Assembly (NCBI RefSeq): GCF_000283555.1
Contig: NC_016012.1
Location: 1,110,001 to 1,142,000, forward strand
Reading direction: 5' to 3'
DNA: 32,000 nt
Origin: Candidatus Arthromitus sp. SFB-rat-Yit
Lineage (GTDB): Bacteria; Bacillota; Clostridia; Clostridiales; Clostridiaceae
The position numbers and the translations under genes were made by a program. Below, piece by piece: positions 10,215 through 20,509 of this stretch (the stretch's first letter is position 1; every line of letters starts with the position of its first letter). Below the pieces are notes generated by a model that saw only the letters and a program-made list of their open reading frames with translations, did no database searches and had not been told where the DNA came from.

Positions 10215-11099
10215 TTAATAATCATAGTAAACTCCATTAACATATTTACCTTCAGCATCTATCTCTGTTATATAATTCCCAGAAACTCTTACATCATAAA
10301 CAGTTCCGTCTGTTGCTTTAACTCTAAATCTATACTGTAGTCTTCCGTCATCCCAATCTTGTCTAGCTGTTAAGAAAGTACATCCAGGAAATCTTCTTCT
10401 AACTACATTCTTAGCTGAATTCATTCCAGTATTAGCTACTACTTGAGTTACTGGCTGAGTTGATACTTGATCTTGTCCCACTGGTTGAGTTGATACTTCT
10501 CCATAATTATAGACGTCATTCTTTGCATCCACCCTTACAACTAAACCACTGCTAGTTTCAACATCTACCTCGTATACTTTTCCATCTGTTGATTTAATTT
10601 CAAAATCATAAACAAATCTTCCATTTTCAGAATCTTGCTTACTAGTCAAAACTGTACCACCTGGAACTTGTGTAAGAGCAATAGTTCTACATTCTTCAAA
10701 TGATTTGTTTACAGTAAAAAGACTTTGATTTATAAACATATTACCAGTTGCATCAATCTCATGGTCTATCTTCCAAACTTGTCCAGTTGCAGCAACTAAA
10801 TCTATCTCTCTTTTTCTTCCATTATTATCTCTAATTTCAATTTCTAATATTTGAGTACCGTTATCATAACCATACTTATAATTAGTTATAGTTCCTGGAA
10901 CTATAGCTAATGCTTTTTGCTTCAATTGTTCAAAACTTAATCTAGATGCTGTTGCCGTCGCTGCTGCTGCTGTCGTTGATGTTACAGTAGCTGCTTTTAC
11001 TTCGGTAGTTCCATTTGCTTGTCCAAAAACTGAACCGGATGTGATTAATAGAGCTGCTACGAACACACTAGCTACTATTTTAATTCTACTCTTTTTCAT
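10215..11099 (-). CDS. Secreted protein with three PepSY-like repeats (paralog of 9003-9980)
   Basis: Signal peptide MKKSRIKIVASVFVAALLITSGS. The same three repeats and C-terminal NVVRRRFPGCTFLTARQDWDDGRLQYRFRVKATDGTVYDVRV...YVNGVYYDY, with a shorter linker. Confidence 0.8.
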   Translation of the reverse strand: MKKSRIKIVASVFVAALLITSGSVFGQANGTTEVKAATVTSTTAAAATATASRLSFEQLKQKALAIVPGTITNYKYGYDNGTQILEIEIRDNNGRKREIDLVAATGQVWKIDHEIDATGNMFINQSLFTVNKSFEECRTIALTQVPGGTVLTSKQDSENGRFVYDFEIKSTDGKVYEVDVETSSGLVVRVDAKNDVYNYGEVSTQPVGQDQVSTQPVTQVVANTGMNSAKNVVRRRFPGCTFLTARQDWDDGRLQYRFRVKATDGTVYDVRVSGNYITEIDAEGKYVNGVYYDY

Positions 11100-11244
11100 T
11101 TTAAATCATCCTCCAAAATGAACAAAAATCATATATTCATGAGCTTAATTTTTTAAATTAATATCATTTCCATATTATATTATAAAAAGAATAATATAAA
11201 CTTAATTATAAATTAAAGTTATATTAATTATCAATTAAAATTTT

Positions 11245-12444
11245 TTAATAATTTGAAAAACCAAGTATATCAAATGCCTTCTTTATATATCTATTTTGAC
11301 TTACAAGATTCCATATAAGCCCTGTTCTATAATTCTCAATCATAATCATGCTTATACCTTTATCAATACCTATTTCATAATCACAATACCAATTCTTATC
11401 CAAATTATAGGAATCTTTAAATCCATACTTACCCCATACATTATCTTTCAAATTATTAAAAATATATTCTATCGCACCAATACTTTCCTCTTCAGTAAAA
11501 ACTAAAGAGGAAATCGATCCATATATTCCAATCGTTCCTTCATTTGTTGAAAGATTAAGACAAGGTTTTACTCCAAGTGTTCCAATATATCCCGTTGGAG
11601 TTTCACACGGAGTTATTCCCCAAGAATTCTCACCATATGACTTAGATTTATTAGAATTCTTAATGCAATACTCCCTATTTAAAAGAGTTGCTATCTTAGA
11701 ATTTAAAAAAAAGTTTGTACCTTCCCTATCTTTTTTCCCTCTAAAATCAATAAACGCATGTGAAAACTGATGAGTAAACAGAGATCCGAATGGAGAAAAT
11801 ATAAACTCATGTCCATGTACAAATACCTTATGTCTATCAAAACTATAAAACATTTCTTTATTTATACTATACGTAGGAGAAGCTACCCCTAAAAAGTACA
11901 TAATAAGCTGCTCAGCATAACTATCCCATTCCCCAAAATGACTTTTTTCTATATCATCATATCCCATATAAAATCTGTTAGTTTCTCTGTTTCTGAAAAA
12001 TTCCCAATTAATTCTATTATAAATTTTTTCAAAATACTCACTTATTTCAGAACCAAAATATTCAGATGACACTAATGCCCCCATAACAAATAATGATGTA
12101 TCTATAATTGAAACTTCTGAATTCCATGCTGTCTTCCCAGTTTCCATATTTAAAAAATGATTAAAGAATCCTTCTGTATTTGATGCATTAAAATAAACGC
12201 TTTTAAGCGTGTTTAAACTTCTTTTATATGCTGAGTCATAGTCTATATACCCTCTAGATACACCTATAACTATTGCACATAGCCCAAATCCCGTTGAGGC
12301 TATCGATGAAATATTCTTATGAGTTTCAAACTTAGATGTGGAATCTCTAACAAGTCCATATCCATTACAACTTCTACTTGATTCATTCCAAAAAAAGTCA
12401 AAACATCCTTTGTTTTCAAGTTCCAAAATAAGATCAATACCCAA
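11245..12444 (-). CDS. Glycoamylase-like domain protein (PF10091-type; GH144/GH189-related fold), no signal peptide
   Basis: GLVRDSTSK...SIASTGFGLCAIVIGVSRGYI, GFFNHFLNMETGKTAWNSEVSIIDTSLFVMGAL, EWDSYAEQLIMYFLG, GSLFTHQFSHAFID. Characteristic of the 'putative glucoamylase' family. Confidence 0.8.
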   Translation of the reverse strand: MGIDLILELENKGCFDFFWNESSRSCNGYGLVRDSTSKFETHKNISSIASTGFGLCAIVIGVSRGYIDYDSAYKRSLNTLKSVYFNASNTEGFFNHFLNMETGKTAWNSEVSIIDTSLFVMGALVSSEYFGSEISEYFEKIYNRINWEFFRNRETNRFYMGYDDIEKSHFGEWDSYAEQLIMYFLGVASPTYSINKEMFYSFDRHKVFVHGHEFIFSPFGSLFTHQFSHAFIDFRGKKDREGTNFFLNSKIATLLNREYCIKNSNKSKSYGENSWGITPCETPTGYIGTLGVKPCLNLSTNEGTIGIYGSISSLVFTEEESIGAIEYIFNNLKDNVWGKYGFKDSYNLDKNWYCDYEIGIDKGISMIMIENYRTGLIWNLVSQNRYIKKAFDILGFSNY

Positions 12445-12523
12445 TTATAAACCCCTCATTTCATAGCTCTCATTAATACAATTTTCGTAATTCTTATTTG
12501 AAACTTCATATCGTAAAAAATTA

Positions 12524-12552
12524 AAGCCTTATAGAAAATTTCTATAAGACTT
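12524..12552 (-). terminator. Terminator-like hairpin at the 3' end of the GH94 gene
   Basis: Minus-strand AAGTCTTATAGAAA/TTTTCTATAAGGCTTT imperfect inverted repeat followed by AATTTTTTA. Confidence 0.5.
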
Positions 12553-15500
12553 AAACTATAAATAATTCAATTACATTTTCTCGATCTCTAAGCTTTTCAT
12601 TCAATATTTGTTTTTTAACAGACATAAACTCTTTTCCATAAATATTTTTTTCACATATAAAGTTTATCTCTTCTCCATTTAATTTTATCTTTAAATCTTT
12701 ATCCCTTTTATATAAAATTTCACTCTCTTTTCCCAAAATTTTATAACTACACTTTAACTCTTCAAATGTCTTTGATATTACAGGATCAAAAATAATTTTA
12801 TCTTTAACTTCTCTTATACCTATAATATTTGAGATAAGCTGACTTATATATATACCTGGTCCACTTGAATATATCCTCCATCCCCCTTTAACTTTAACAT
12901 CTCCATTCCTAAGTTCATTAAACCTCTCATGAAAATCATACCGAGTGTTAAATGCTCCATCAGAACTAGAAAAATATACATTACTTTGCCTAAAGTTTGC
13001 ATTCTCCACATAATCATTTAATTTTATTGGAGTTATTTTATACAAAGCTTCCCAAACTTTCTCTTCACGCCCAAGTTTACACATACTTTCAATAAATCTA
13101 ATATGTGCATGCACATATTGAAGTGATATCTCTCTTCCAACATTTGAAGCTTGCTCTGCACGTTTAAATATTTTGGAGATTCCTCCATTATATTTAGGCG
13201 TATTATTCATAAGTCTTACACCATCATTAAAAGTTAAATGATCTTCTATAATTTTTTCATTTATATTTGCTTGATTCAAATCAACTATTTCTGAAATTAT
13301 ACTTCTTGTAAGTGGAAGAAGTCTGTACTTTATTCCTGTTATCTCATCTAAAGGATGAAGTATATATTCTATTTCATTATTTTCATTAAAATATAAAAAT
13401 CCACCAATAACATCGTCTTTTATTGCATACTTCAAAAAACATTCTTTAATTCCTATAACTATCCCATATATTTCTTCTCTCAAATTCTCATCCTTCAAAG
13501 AAAGATATAAATGATTTAAAGTTTCATAAGCAAGTGCCATGGTCCAAGTTGACACCAATCTCTCTTTAAAATCATCATTAATCGGCTGAAGCGTATCATC
13601 CCAATCTCCTCCGGCGTAACTTATCAAATAACTATCCCCTATAAATCTATTTTTTATAGAACTAATCGCTCTCTTAACATGATCTACTATAGTTTCTTTG
13701 TGAGTTACATTACATAATGGAAAACTTCTATATACAGTTTCCTCATAAAAAATAGAATCATCGCCTGTATTCAAAACATATTCACTAAGTACTTTAAGAG
13801 GCCAAAATAGAATATCACCATGTGAATCATCTTGCTGCATATTATATTGATCAAACATAAACCATTGAGGAAACTCTCCATTTTCTATAAACTGATGTGA
13901 AAATACTTCAAGAAGTATCTCCCTAACCATTTTATAATTATTTGTACACATAAAAAATTCAATAGGTCCCTGACAAATATCTCGAGTACCCCAAGCAGCT
14001 CCAGAAGATTGTTCAAGTCCATGAGGAGAAGAAAAATGTATCAAGGCATTGTGAGTATAAAAATGTACCATCTCATTAAGTTTACTCACATCATACTTAG
14101 AACTTTTACCTTCAAGTTTGAAACCGTTTAATAATTTTGAATAAAAATCATTAAATTTATCTCTCTCACATTCAAGAGAACTCAAATCATCACACACACT
14201 CTCCCCTTCAAGTGATCCATTTATTGAAATAGAGAATGTACAACTCTTATCAATTTTAAAAGTTATTATACTTCTATCATGAGTTAAACCGTCTTTAAAG
14301 AAAATGCTATCGTCACCCATAGTAAATTTACAATCAAAAAGTTCAATTTCATAATTTATGTTTTTGTACACGCTTCTTATAAAAGATTCTTCAAGAGGTG
14401 TTATTTTAATCTTGTTTCCATCTTCATTTAAATAAAACCCATTGTTATATTCGCTATCACCCATAACAATTTGATTTGTAACAACAAATTCATACTCAAT
14501 TCCTTTTTGAGATCTCACATTTAAAACAATTTTCGTATGATCCCTCAAAATATAATTTTCAACTACAATGATATCTTCATCAAATTTATAATACCACTTC
14601 GAAAAATTAACCCCCATTTCATAAATTCCTGAAAGTGTAAGCATTTTAAATTTATTATTTATCTTTATATAAATTCTCTGACCAGAATTTTTAATAACAT
14701 TCAAGAGTCCTCTATTAACTGACATCATTTTATTTAAACTTGTATTTCCAATTGCAACTTGTGCATTGAAAAGTCCAAACATATAATTTGTTGATGTCAT
14801 AATATTATTATTTATCTTTTCATTATCAATTTTATTTATGATTATATTGCCATGAGGTCTTTCACATAATATTTCCTTATCTTGAAGAACCACATGCGTA
14901 TGATCATTTGTAAAAAATGAAAGGAGATTCCCACTTGAATACTCTTCAAAATTTCTTTCATTATATATAGAATTTATTTCACTAAGTGTAAACTTCTCTG
15001 AAGAAATTTCTCCTAAAAATTCCTCCTTCACACAAACCTTTTTTACCTTTTTGAAATTATTTTTGAGTTTTGAGACTTCTAAATACTCTTTCATAACTTC
15101 ATCTTTATATTTAAGAGTTTCAATCGAAGCTTTATAATCTTCCCGAAAGATACCATAAAAACAAATATTCTTATCTCCATCTATTTTCATTTTTTCAGTT
15201 TGGAGAACAATGTATGCAAGCTCAAATTGATAATTTTCCTTAGGCAAATTTTTGTCTATAAGATATGGCACACCAGTTTTCTTGTACTCAGAAGAAAAAA
15301 ACTGAGTTTGATCAGTTGAATAAGAAATAACCTTTTCATTCATGCACCCATGCTCAATGTATGGAAATCTTCCCCCCTGATCTTGATTTTGTCTTGAAGA
15401 AATAACAAAACCATTTGAAGAATTTATTGCTTTATGATCTATGTATTGACTCGTGTAAAGCTCATTATTTAAACAAGCATTCTTATTTGCAATTGAAATA

Positions 15501-15877
15501 TCTTGACAATATAAAAGATCAACTTCAAAATTTTTACCATTTAACTCAACCTCATAAAACCAAATACAATTATTTGAAAGAGTAAATCTCACACGATACG
15601 ATAGAGAAAAAGCACTTCCTTCAAACAACATGGAATTTGAATCAAAATAAATTTCCCCCTTCGACTTCCCTCCCATAAGTGGAAAAATTTTAATTCCATC
15701 CTCTTCATATATCCTCAAGTAAATATTATTTAATGAACCATCTCTAAACGTTCCATTAAACATATTGATCATAATGTCTTTATGTAAAATCTCAAAAATA
15801 TCTCCACTCTTCAGAAATTTAAAAACCATATTATCCTTCTCAAAAGTTAAGAATTCAAAATTTGGTTTAACCTTCAT
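12551..15877 (-). CDS. GH94-family glycoside phosphorylase, 1,2-beta-oligoglucan phosphorylase-like
   Basis: About 1108 aa from MKVKPNFEF. The ORF track start at 15898 adds a 7-aa extension, while AGGGGGA precedes the ATG at 15877. Contains SAAWGTRDICQGPIEFF, HGDILFWPLKVLSEYV, LISYAGGDWDDTLQPIN, LYQYVHAHIRF-like and GGWRIYSSGPGIYISQLI segments typical of large GH94 SOGP-type enzymes. Confidence 0.75.
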   Translation of the reverse strand: MKVKPNFEFLTFEKDNMVFKFLKSGDIFEILHKDIMINMFNGTFRDGSLNNIYLRIYEEDGIKIFPLMGGKSKGEIYFDSNSMLFEGSAFSLSYRVRFTLSNNCIWFYEVELNGKNFEVDLLYCQDISIANKNACLNNELYTSQYIDHKAINSSNGFVISSRQNQDQGGRFPYIEHGCMNEKVISYSTDQTQFFSSEYKKTGVPYLIDKNLPKENYQFELAYIVLQTEKMKIDGDKNICFYGIFREDYKASIETLKYKDEVMKEYLEVSKLKNNFKKVKKVCVKEEFLGEISSEKFTLSEINSIYNERNFEEYSSGNLLSFFTNDHTHVVLQDKEILCERPHGNIIINKIDNEKINNNIMTSTNYMFGLFNAQVAIGNTSLNKMMSVNRGLLNVIKNSGQRIYIKINNKFKMLTLSGIYEMGVNFSKWYYKFDEDIIVVENYILRDHTKIVLNVRSQKGIEYEFVVTNQIVMGDSEYNNGFYLNEDGNKIKITPLEESFIRSVYKNINYEIELFDCKFTMGDDSIFFKDGLTHDRSIITFKIDKSCTFSISINGSLEGESVCDDLSSLECERDKFNDFYSKLLNGFKLEGKSSKYDVSKLNEMVHFYTHNALIHFSSPHGLEQSSGAAWGTRDICQGPIEFFMCTNNYKMVREILLEVFSHQFIENGEFPQWFMFDQYNMQQDDSHGDILFWPLKVLSEYVLNTGDDSIFYEETVYRSFPLCNVTHKETIVDHVKRAISSIKNRFIGDSYLISYAGGDWDDTLQPINDDFKERLVSTWTMALAYETLNHLYLSLKDENLREEIYGIVIGIKECFLKYAIKDDVIGGFLYFNENNEIEYILHPLDEITGIKYRLLPLTRSIISEIVDLNQANINEKIIEDHLTFNDGVRLMNNTPKYNGGISKIFKRAEQASNVGREISLQYVHAHIRFIESMCKLGREEKVWEALYKITPIKLNDYVENANFRQSNVYFSSSDGAFNTRYDFHERFNELRNGDVKVKGGWRIYSSGPGIYISQLISNIIGIREVKDKIIFDPVISKTFEELKCSYKILGKESEILYKRDKDLKIKLNGEEINFICEKNIYGKEFMSVKKQILNEKLRDRENVIELFIV

Positions 15878-15985
15878 CAAAAGTCCCCCTAAACACAAAA
15901 TACTTAAGATTATTCTCTCTCACTTAAATAATAAATATGTAAACAAAAAGTGGATCTAAAAAGATCCACTCATCAAATAAAATTT

Positions 15986-17692
15986 TTAAACTCTACTATA
16001 TAAACTTTTATAAATTCCACCCTTATTTATCAATTCCTCGTGACTTCCTCTCTCAACTATTCCACTCTTACCTATAAGTAATATTTCATCAGCATTTTGT
16101 ATTGTTGAAAGCCTATGTGCAACGATTATATTTGTCCTACCTTTTGATAATTTCTCCAAAGACTCTTGAATCTCACGTTCTGTTATATTATCAAGTGCTG
16201 ATGTCGCTTCATCTAATATCATAATTTTAGGATCTTTAAGAAAAACCCTCGCAATAGATATTCTTTGTTTTTGACCTCCCGAAAGTTTAAGTCCTCTCTC
16301 TCCAACAAAAGTATCATATCCATCTTTAAGACCAATTATAAAATTATGAATACTTGCCTTAATACACGCATCCTTAACTTCTTCATCGCTTGCATCCGGC
16401 TTTCCTATAACTATATTATCCCTTATAGTTCCCGTAAACAAAAATACCTCTTGAGATACAATTCCAATGTTTCTCCTTAAAGACTCCAAAGTAACATCTC
16501 TCACATCAATTCCATCAATCCTTATGCTTCCTTCATTCACATCATAAAATCTTGGAATCAAACTACATATAGTTGTTTTTCCTCCACCAGATGGTCCAAC
16601 AAGAGCAATTGTCTTCCCAGCTTCAATTTTAAGATTAAAACCATTAAATACTTCCTCATTGTTGCTCTCATATCTAAACGTCACGTTATCTATACTAATT
16701 TCTCCCTTAACATTTTTAAGTTCTATCGCATTATTTGATTCTTTTTCCGTTTCAACTTTCAAAAGCTCTTGGAATCTTTGAAAACCACTCATACCATTTT
16801 GAAATTGATCAGAAAAGTTTATAAGCTTTCTTATTGGCTGGATAAACATCTTAACATACAAGACATAGGCAACAAAATCACCTATAGTAATATATCCATT
16901 AAATGTAAATACAGCAGATGCTATAAGTGCAATAAGCTCAAGAATATCAACCAAGAAAAAAGTTCCCGAAAAGAACTCTCCCATTTTTTTATACGCATAT
17001 TCCCGTGCTTTTCTAAACATATCATTTGAATTTTCAAATTTATCGAGTTCACTCTTTTCATTTACAAACGATCTTGTAACTCTAATCCCTGAAATAGAAT
17101 TTTCAATAGTTGCATTTACATCTCCTGTTTTAATTCTAGTTTCTCTAAATGCACTACTCATTTTCCTACGCTTAATTATTGAAAATGTAACTATGACAGG
17201 GACAAAAGCAAATATAAGTATAGTAAGAGGAACATTTATTCTAAATAATAAAGCAAATGAACCAACAAACATAACGATAGATACAAACACATCTTCTGGA
17301 CCATGATGTGCAAGCTCAGATATTTCCATAAGATCATTCACAATTCTCGACATAATAACACCAGTTTTATTATTGCTAAAATATTCGTTAGGTAATCTTT
17401 GAAGATGTTTAAATACCTTTCTTCTCATGTCTCCCTGCATCCTAACTCCCATAACGTGTCCATAATACTGTATAAAATAATTAAGTCCAGCTTTAATAAT
17501 AAAAATAACAAGCAAAACTATGCAAAATACAAATATCATTCTTATGTTTCTATTTGGTACAGCATCATTTATTATGCTACGTGTTATCATTGGATAAACT
17601 AAATCTATCATAGCAACCAAAAACGCTGCTAACATATCCATAAAAAACAATTTTTTATATGGAGCATAATAGCTTATAAAACTTTTTAACAT
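15986..17692 (-). CDS. ABC exporter half-transporter (fused permease-ATPase)
   Basis: Six TM permease, GPSGGGKTT Walker A, LSGGQKQRISIARVFLKDPKIMILDEATSALD. Start corrected to the ATG at 17692 (MLKSFISYYAPYKK), which is preceded by AAGGAGG. Confidence 0.93.
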   Translation of the reverse strand: MLKSFISYYAPYKKLFFMDMLAAFLVAMIDLVYPMITRSIINDAVPNRNIRMIFVFCIVLLVIFIIKAGLNYFIQYYGHVMGVRMQGDMRRKVFKHLQRLPNEYFSNNKTGVIMSRIVNDLMEISELAHHGPEDVFVSIVMFVGSFALLFRINVPLTILIFAFVPVIVTFSIIKRRKMSSAFRETRIKTGDVNATIENSISGIRVTRSFVNEKSELDKFENSNDMFRKAREYAYKKMGEFFSGTFFLVDILELIALIASAVFTFNGYITIGDFVAYVLYVKMFIQPIRKLINFSDQFQNGMSGFQRFQELLKVETEKESNNAIELKNVKGEISIDNVTFRYESNNEEVFNGFNLKIEAGKTIALVGPSGGGKTTICSLIPRFYDVNEGSIRIDGIDVRDVTLESLRRNIGIVSQEVFLFTGTIRDNIVIGKPDASDEEVKDACIKASIHNFIIGLKDGYDTFVGERGLKLSGGQKQRISIARVFLKDPKIMILDEATSALDNITEREIQESLEKLSKGRTNIIVAHRLSTIQNADEILLIGKSGIVERGSHEELINKGGIYKSLYSRV

Positions 17693-17791
17693 ATGTAACC
17701 TCCTTCTCTCAAATAAAAAAACCACATCATAATAATGCAGTTTCTATTCTATCTTAATTTCACAATTAATTATAAATATTTTTTATAAAAT

Positions 17792-18754
17792 TTAGTCAAA
17801 CTTTTTTATGAAATTTTCGACTTCATCTACCATTTTGTTTGTTGAATCAAATCCACCTGAAACCAAATACCAAACTTGTGCATTTAAATAAACAATATTC
17901 CCATTTTTATATGCATCCGTTGATTTAATAAGATCGTTATCCAGAACTGTCTGAGCAGTTCCTGTTCCAGATGTAGCTACTCCCCTATCTATAACAAATA
18001 ACACATTTGGATTTTTATCAACTACATATTCAAATGACACCTGCTGTCCATGCGTAGAATCTTGGAGAGTATTATCAATATTAATAAAACCAAAATTATT
18101 ATATAAAATACCAAATCTTGATTTATCACCATATGCACTCAAATTCCCTTCATTAACTAACAATGTTAATGCATTTAAATTTTTTGACGTCACTGATGCA
18201 TTTAATGTATTTATTTTATTTTGAATTTCATCCAATTTTGATTTAACAATATCTTCTTTTCCAAATATGCTTCCCAAAATATTTGCATTATTAGTTAAAT
18301 CTTCCATGTATTTTGATCCATCTAAGCTTAAAAGTATTGTAGGAGCTATTTGTGAAAATTTTTCATACATATCAGATTGCCTGCCACTTATTATTATAAG
18401 TTCTGGTTTAATTGAATTAATTATTTCAAAATTTGGTTCTTTTAATCCACCTAAATTTTCATATTTACTATCTTTATATTTTTCAAACATTGATGGTAAA
18501 CTATCTTTTGGAAGTCCTACTACATCAATTCCTAAATTCTCCAAAATATCTAATGATCCAAAATCAAATGTAACAACTCTTTGAGGATTTTTCTTTACAT
18601 TTGTTTCCCCATTTAAATGTTTAACTAAAATAGTTTCAGTGTCAGCTCCTTCAGACAAACCTTGATTATTATTTGTGGTATTACCACAAGAAACTAAAAG
18701 TCCAATAAGCATCATTGAACACACCATAGATAATTTTTTGATAAATTTCATAAC
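17792..18754 (-). CDS. yclQ: Siderophore ABC transporter substrate-binding lipoprotein (YclQ/FatB/CeuA-like)
   Basis: Lipobox LLVSC, NPQRVVTFDFGSLDILENLGIDVVGLPK, and position last in an N-O-P-Q-type operon. Start corrected to MKFIKKLSM (18754); the track's extra 16 codons include the RBS region (AAGAAAGGGG). Confidence 0.85.
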   Translation of the reverse strand, partial: VMKFIKKLSMVCSMMLIGLLVSCGNTTNNNQGLSEGADTETILVKHLNGETNVKKNPQRVVTFDFGSLDILENLGIDVVGLPKDSLPSMFEKYKDSKYENLGGLKEPNFEIINSIKPELIIISGRQSDMYEKFSQIAPTILLSLDGSKYMEDLTNNANILGSIFGKEDIVKSKLDEIQNKINTLNASVTSKNLNALTLLVNEGNLSAYGDKSRFGILYNNFGFINIDNTLQDSTHGQQVSFEYVVDKNPNVLFVIDRGVATSGTGTAQTVLDNDLIKSTDAYKNGNIVYLNAQVWYLVSGGFDSTNKMVDEVENFIKKFD

Positions 18755-18773
18755 TTTAAATTCCCCTTTCTTT

Positions 18774-19529
18774 TTAATAATAAATACTAATTTTATTACC
18801 ATTTATATTTTTAACATCAAACTTAATTTGGTATATCTCTTCCAATACACTTTCATCTATTATGTCACTCGTTTTTCCCTCTTTGTATACTATTCCATCC
18901 TTAAAGGCAACAACATAATCTGAATAACAAGAAGCAAAATTTATATCATGCATAACAACAACTATTGTCTTTCCCAAATCATCACAAAGTTTTCTTAAAA
19001 CTTTCATCATCTGAACCGAATTACTCATATCCAAATTATTTAAAGGCTCATCAAGAAAAATATATTCAGTTGCTTGAGCAATGACCATAGCAATAAAAGC
19101 TCTTTGTCTTTGTCCACCACTTATCTCATCTAAAAACTTATCTTGTATATCACAAAGTTTCATATATTCAAGAGCATCATCAATAAACTTTTCATCATCT
19201 CTAGTCAATCTACCCTTAGAATATGGAAACCTACCGAAACTAACTAGGTCACGTATAGTCAACCTGATATTTAAATTATTTGATTGTCTAAGTATGGATA
19301 TCTTTTTAGATAACTCATCTTTTTTATAACTATTGATATCCCTATCATCTAAATAAATTTCTCCACTCTCTTTTTCAAGCAATCCAACTATTATTGATAA
19401 GAGGGTACTCTTACCTGCCCCGTTAGGTCCAACAAAAGATGTTAGCTTACCTTTCTCTATATCAAGAGAAACATTATTGACTACTCGGTTACTTCCATAA
19501 GACTTAGAAACATCTCTGATTTTTAACAT
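18774..19529 (-). CDS. yclP: Siderophore ABC transporter ATPase (YclP-like)
   Basis: FVGPNGAGKSTLLS Walker A, EISGGQRQRAFIAMVIAQATEYIFLDEPLNNLD. Confidence 0.9.
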   Translation of the reverse strand: MLKIRDVSKSYGSNRVVNNVSLDIEKGKLTSFVGPNGAGKSTLLSIIVGLLEKESGEIYLDDRDINSYKKDELSKKISILRQSNNLNIRLTIRDLVSFGRFPYSKGRLTRDDEKFIDDALEYMKLCDIQDKFLDEISGGQRQRAFIAMVIAQATEYIFLDEPLNNLDMSNSVQMMKVLRKLCDDLGKTIVVVMHDINFASCYSDYVVAFKDGIVYKEGKTSDIIDESVLEEIYQIKFDVKNINGNKISIYY

Positions 19530-20509
19530 ACTTTACTCTCCCTTAACAACAAATACATAAAATAAATACCCCCGATCAAATTTATAATTACACTTACAGG
19601 AGTAGATATTTTTAAAACCCTCTCAAGTAACAATTGACCAAATAACAATACAAAAACTGATAATAGATTCCCTATCGCAACTATATGAGAGTGTTTATAG
19701 CTCTTCACAATCTGCTTAGTTGCATTAACAACAAGCAAACCTAGAAATGTAATAGGTCCAACCAAAGCTGTAGATATTGATATCAAAATAGAAACTACAA
19801 TAAAAAACTTTTTAGTTAATCTATCATACTCAACTCCCAAATTTATAGCATGATCTCTACCTAAACTCATTACATCCAAATATTTAAAATCCTTAAATGT
19901 AAATATTAATGTAATGACTATCATTATCACTGATATAACTAAAATATTTTCATTTATATTATTAAAGCTAGCAAACAATTTATTTTGAAGTGTTAAATAC
20001 TCGTTAGGATCAATCATTATTTGCATAAATTTTGAAAGACTTCCAAAAAGAGTTCCCAATATAACACCAACTAATACAATCAAAATAATATTGGTTCTAT
20101 TTTTCTTCATCAGTGTAGAATACAAAACCGTAGATATTAAAACCATCATTACTATACAGATCATAAAATTAATTTTCTTATTACTTATGAATATATGCGT
20201 TGAGCCAAATACATAAACAATTACTGTTTGGATAAGCACGTAAAAAGAATCAAGTCCCATTACATTTGGTGTCAAAAGACGATTGTTTGTAATCGTTTGA
20301 AACAATATCGTAGAAAAGGATATTAAAGCCCCCGTCAATACAATTGCAATTAATTTAGGAATACGTTGGGATAATGAATATTCAAAATTTCCTTTTCTTA
20401 TATTCATAAATAAATATAGTAAACAAACTATTGATATGAAAATCGTAAGCAAAACTATAGTTTTTTGAAAATATTTATCTTTATTAACACATTTATTTCC
20501 CACGCCCAT
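19523..20509 (-). CDS. yclO: Siderophore ABC transporter permease (YclO-like, FecCD family)
   Basis: RIPKLIAIVLTGALISFSTILFQTITNNRLLTPNVMGLDSFY. Overlaps its neighbours on both sides. Confidence 0.88.
   Translation of the reverse strand: MGVGNKCVNKDKYFQKTIVLLTIFISIVCLLYLFMNIRKGNFEYSLSQRIPKLIAIVLTGALISFSTILFQTITNNRLLTPNVMGLDSFYVLIQTVIVYVFGSTHIFISNKKINFMICIVMMVLISTVLYSTLMKKNRTNIILIVLVGVILGTLFGSLSKFMQIMIDPNEYLTLQNKLFASFNNINENILVISVIMIVITLIFTFKDFKYLDVMSLGRDHAINLGVEYDRLTKKFFIVVSILISISTALVGPITFLGLLVVNATKQIVKSYKHSHIVAIGNLLSVFVLLFGQLLLERVLKISTPVSVIINLIGGIYFMYLLLRESKVC

Noticed and set aside
18267-18584. Plus-strand 105-aa ORF opposite the YclQ-like lipoprotein
   Set aside because: Antisense to a well-supported CDS, with no independent evidence.
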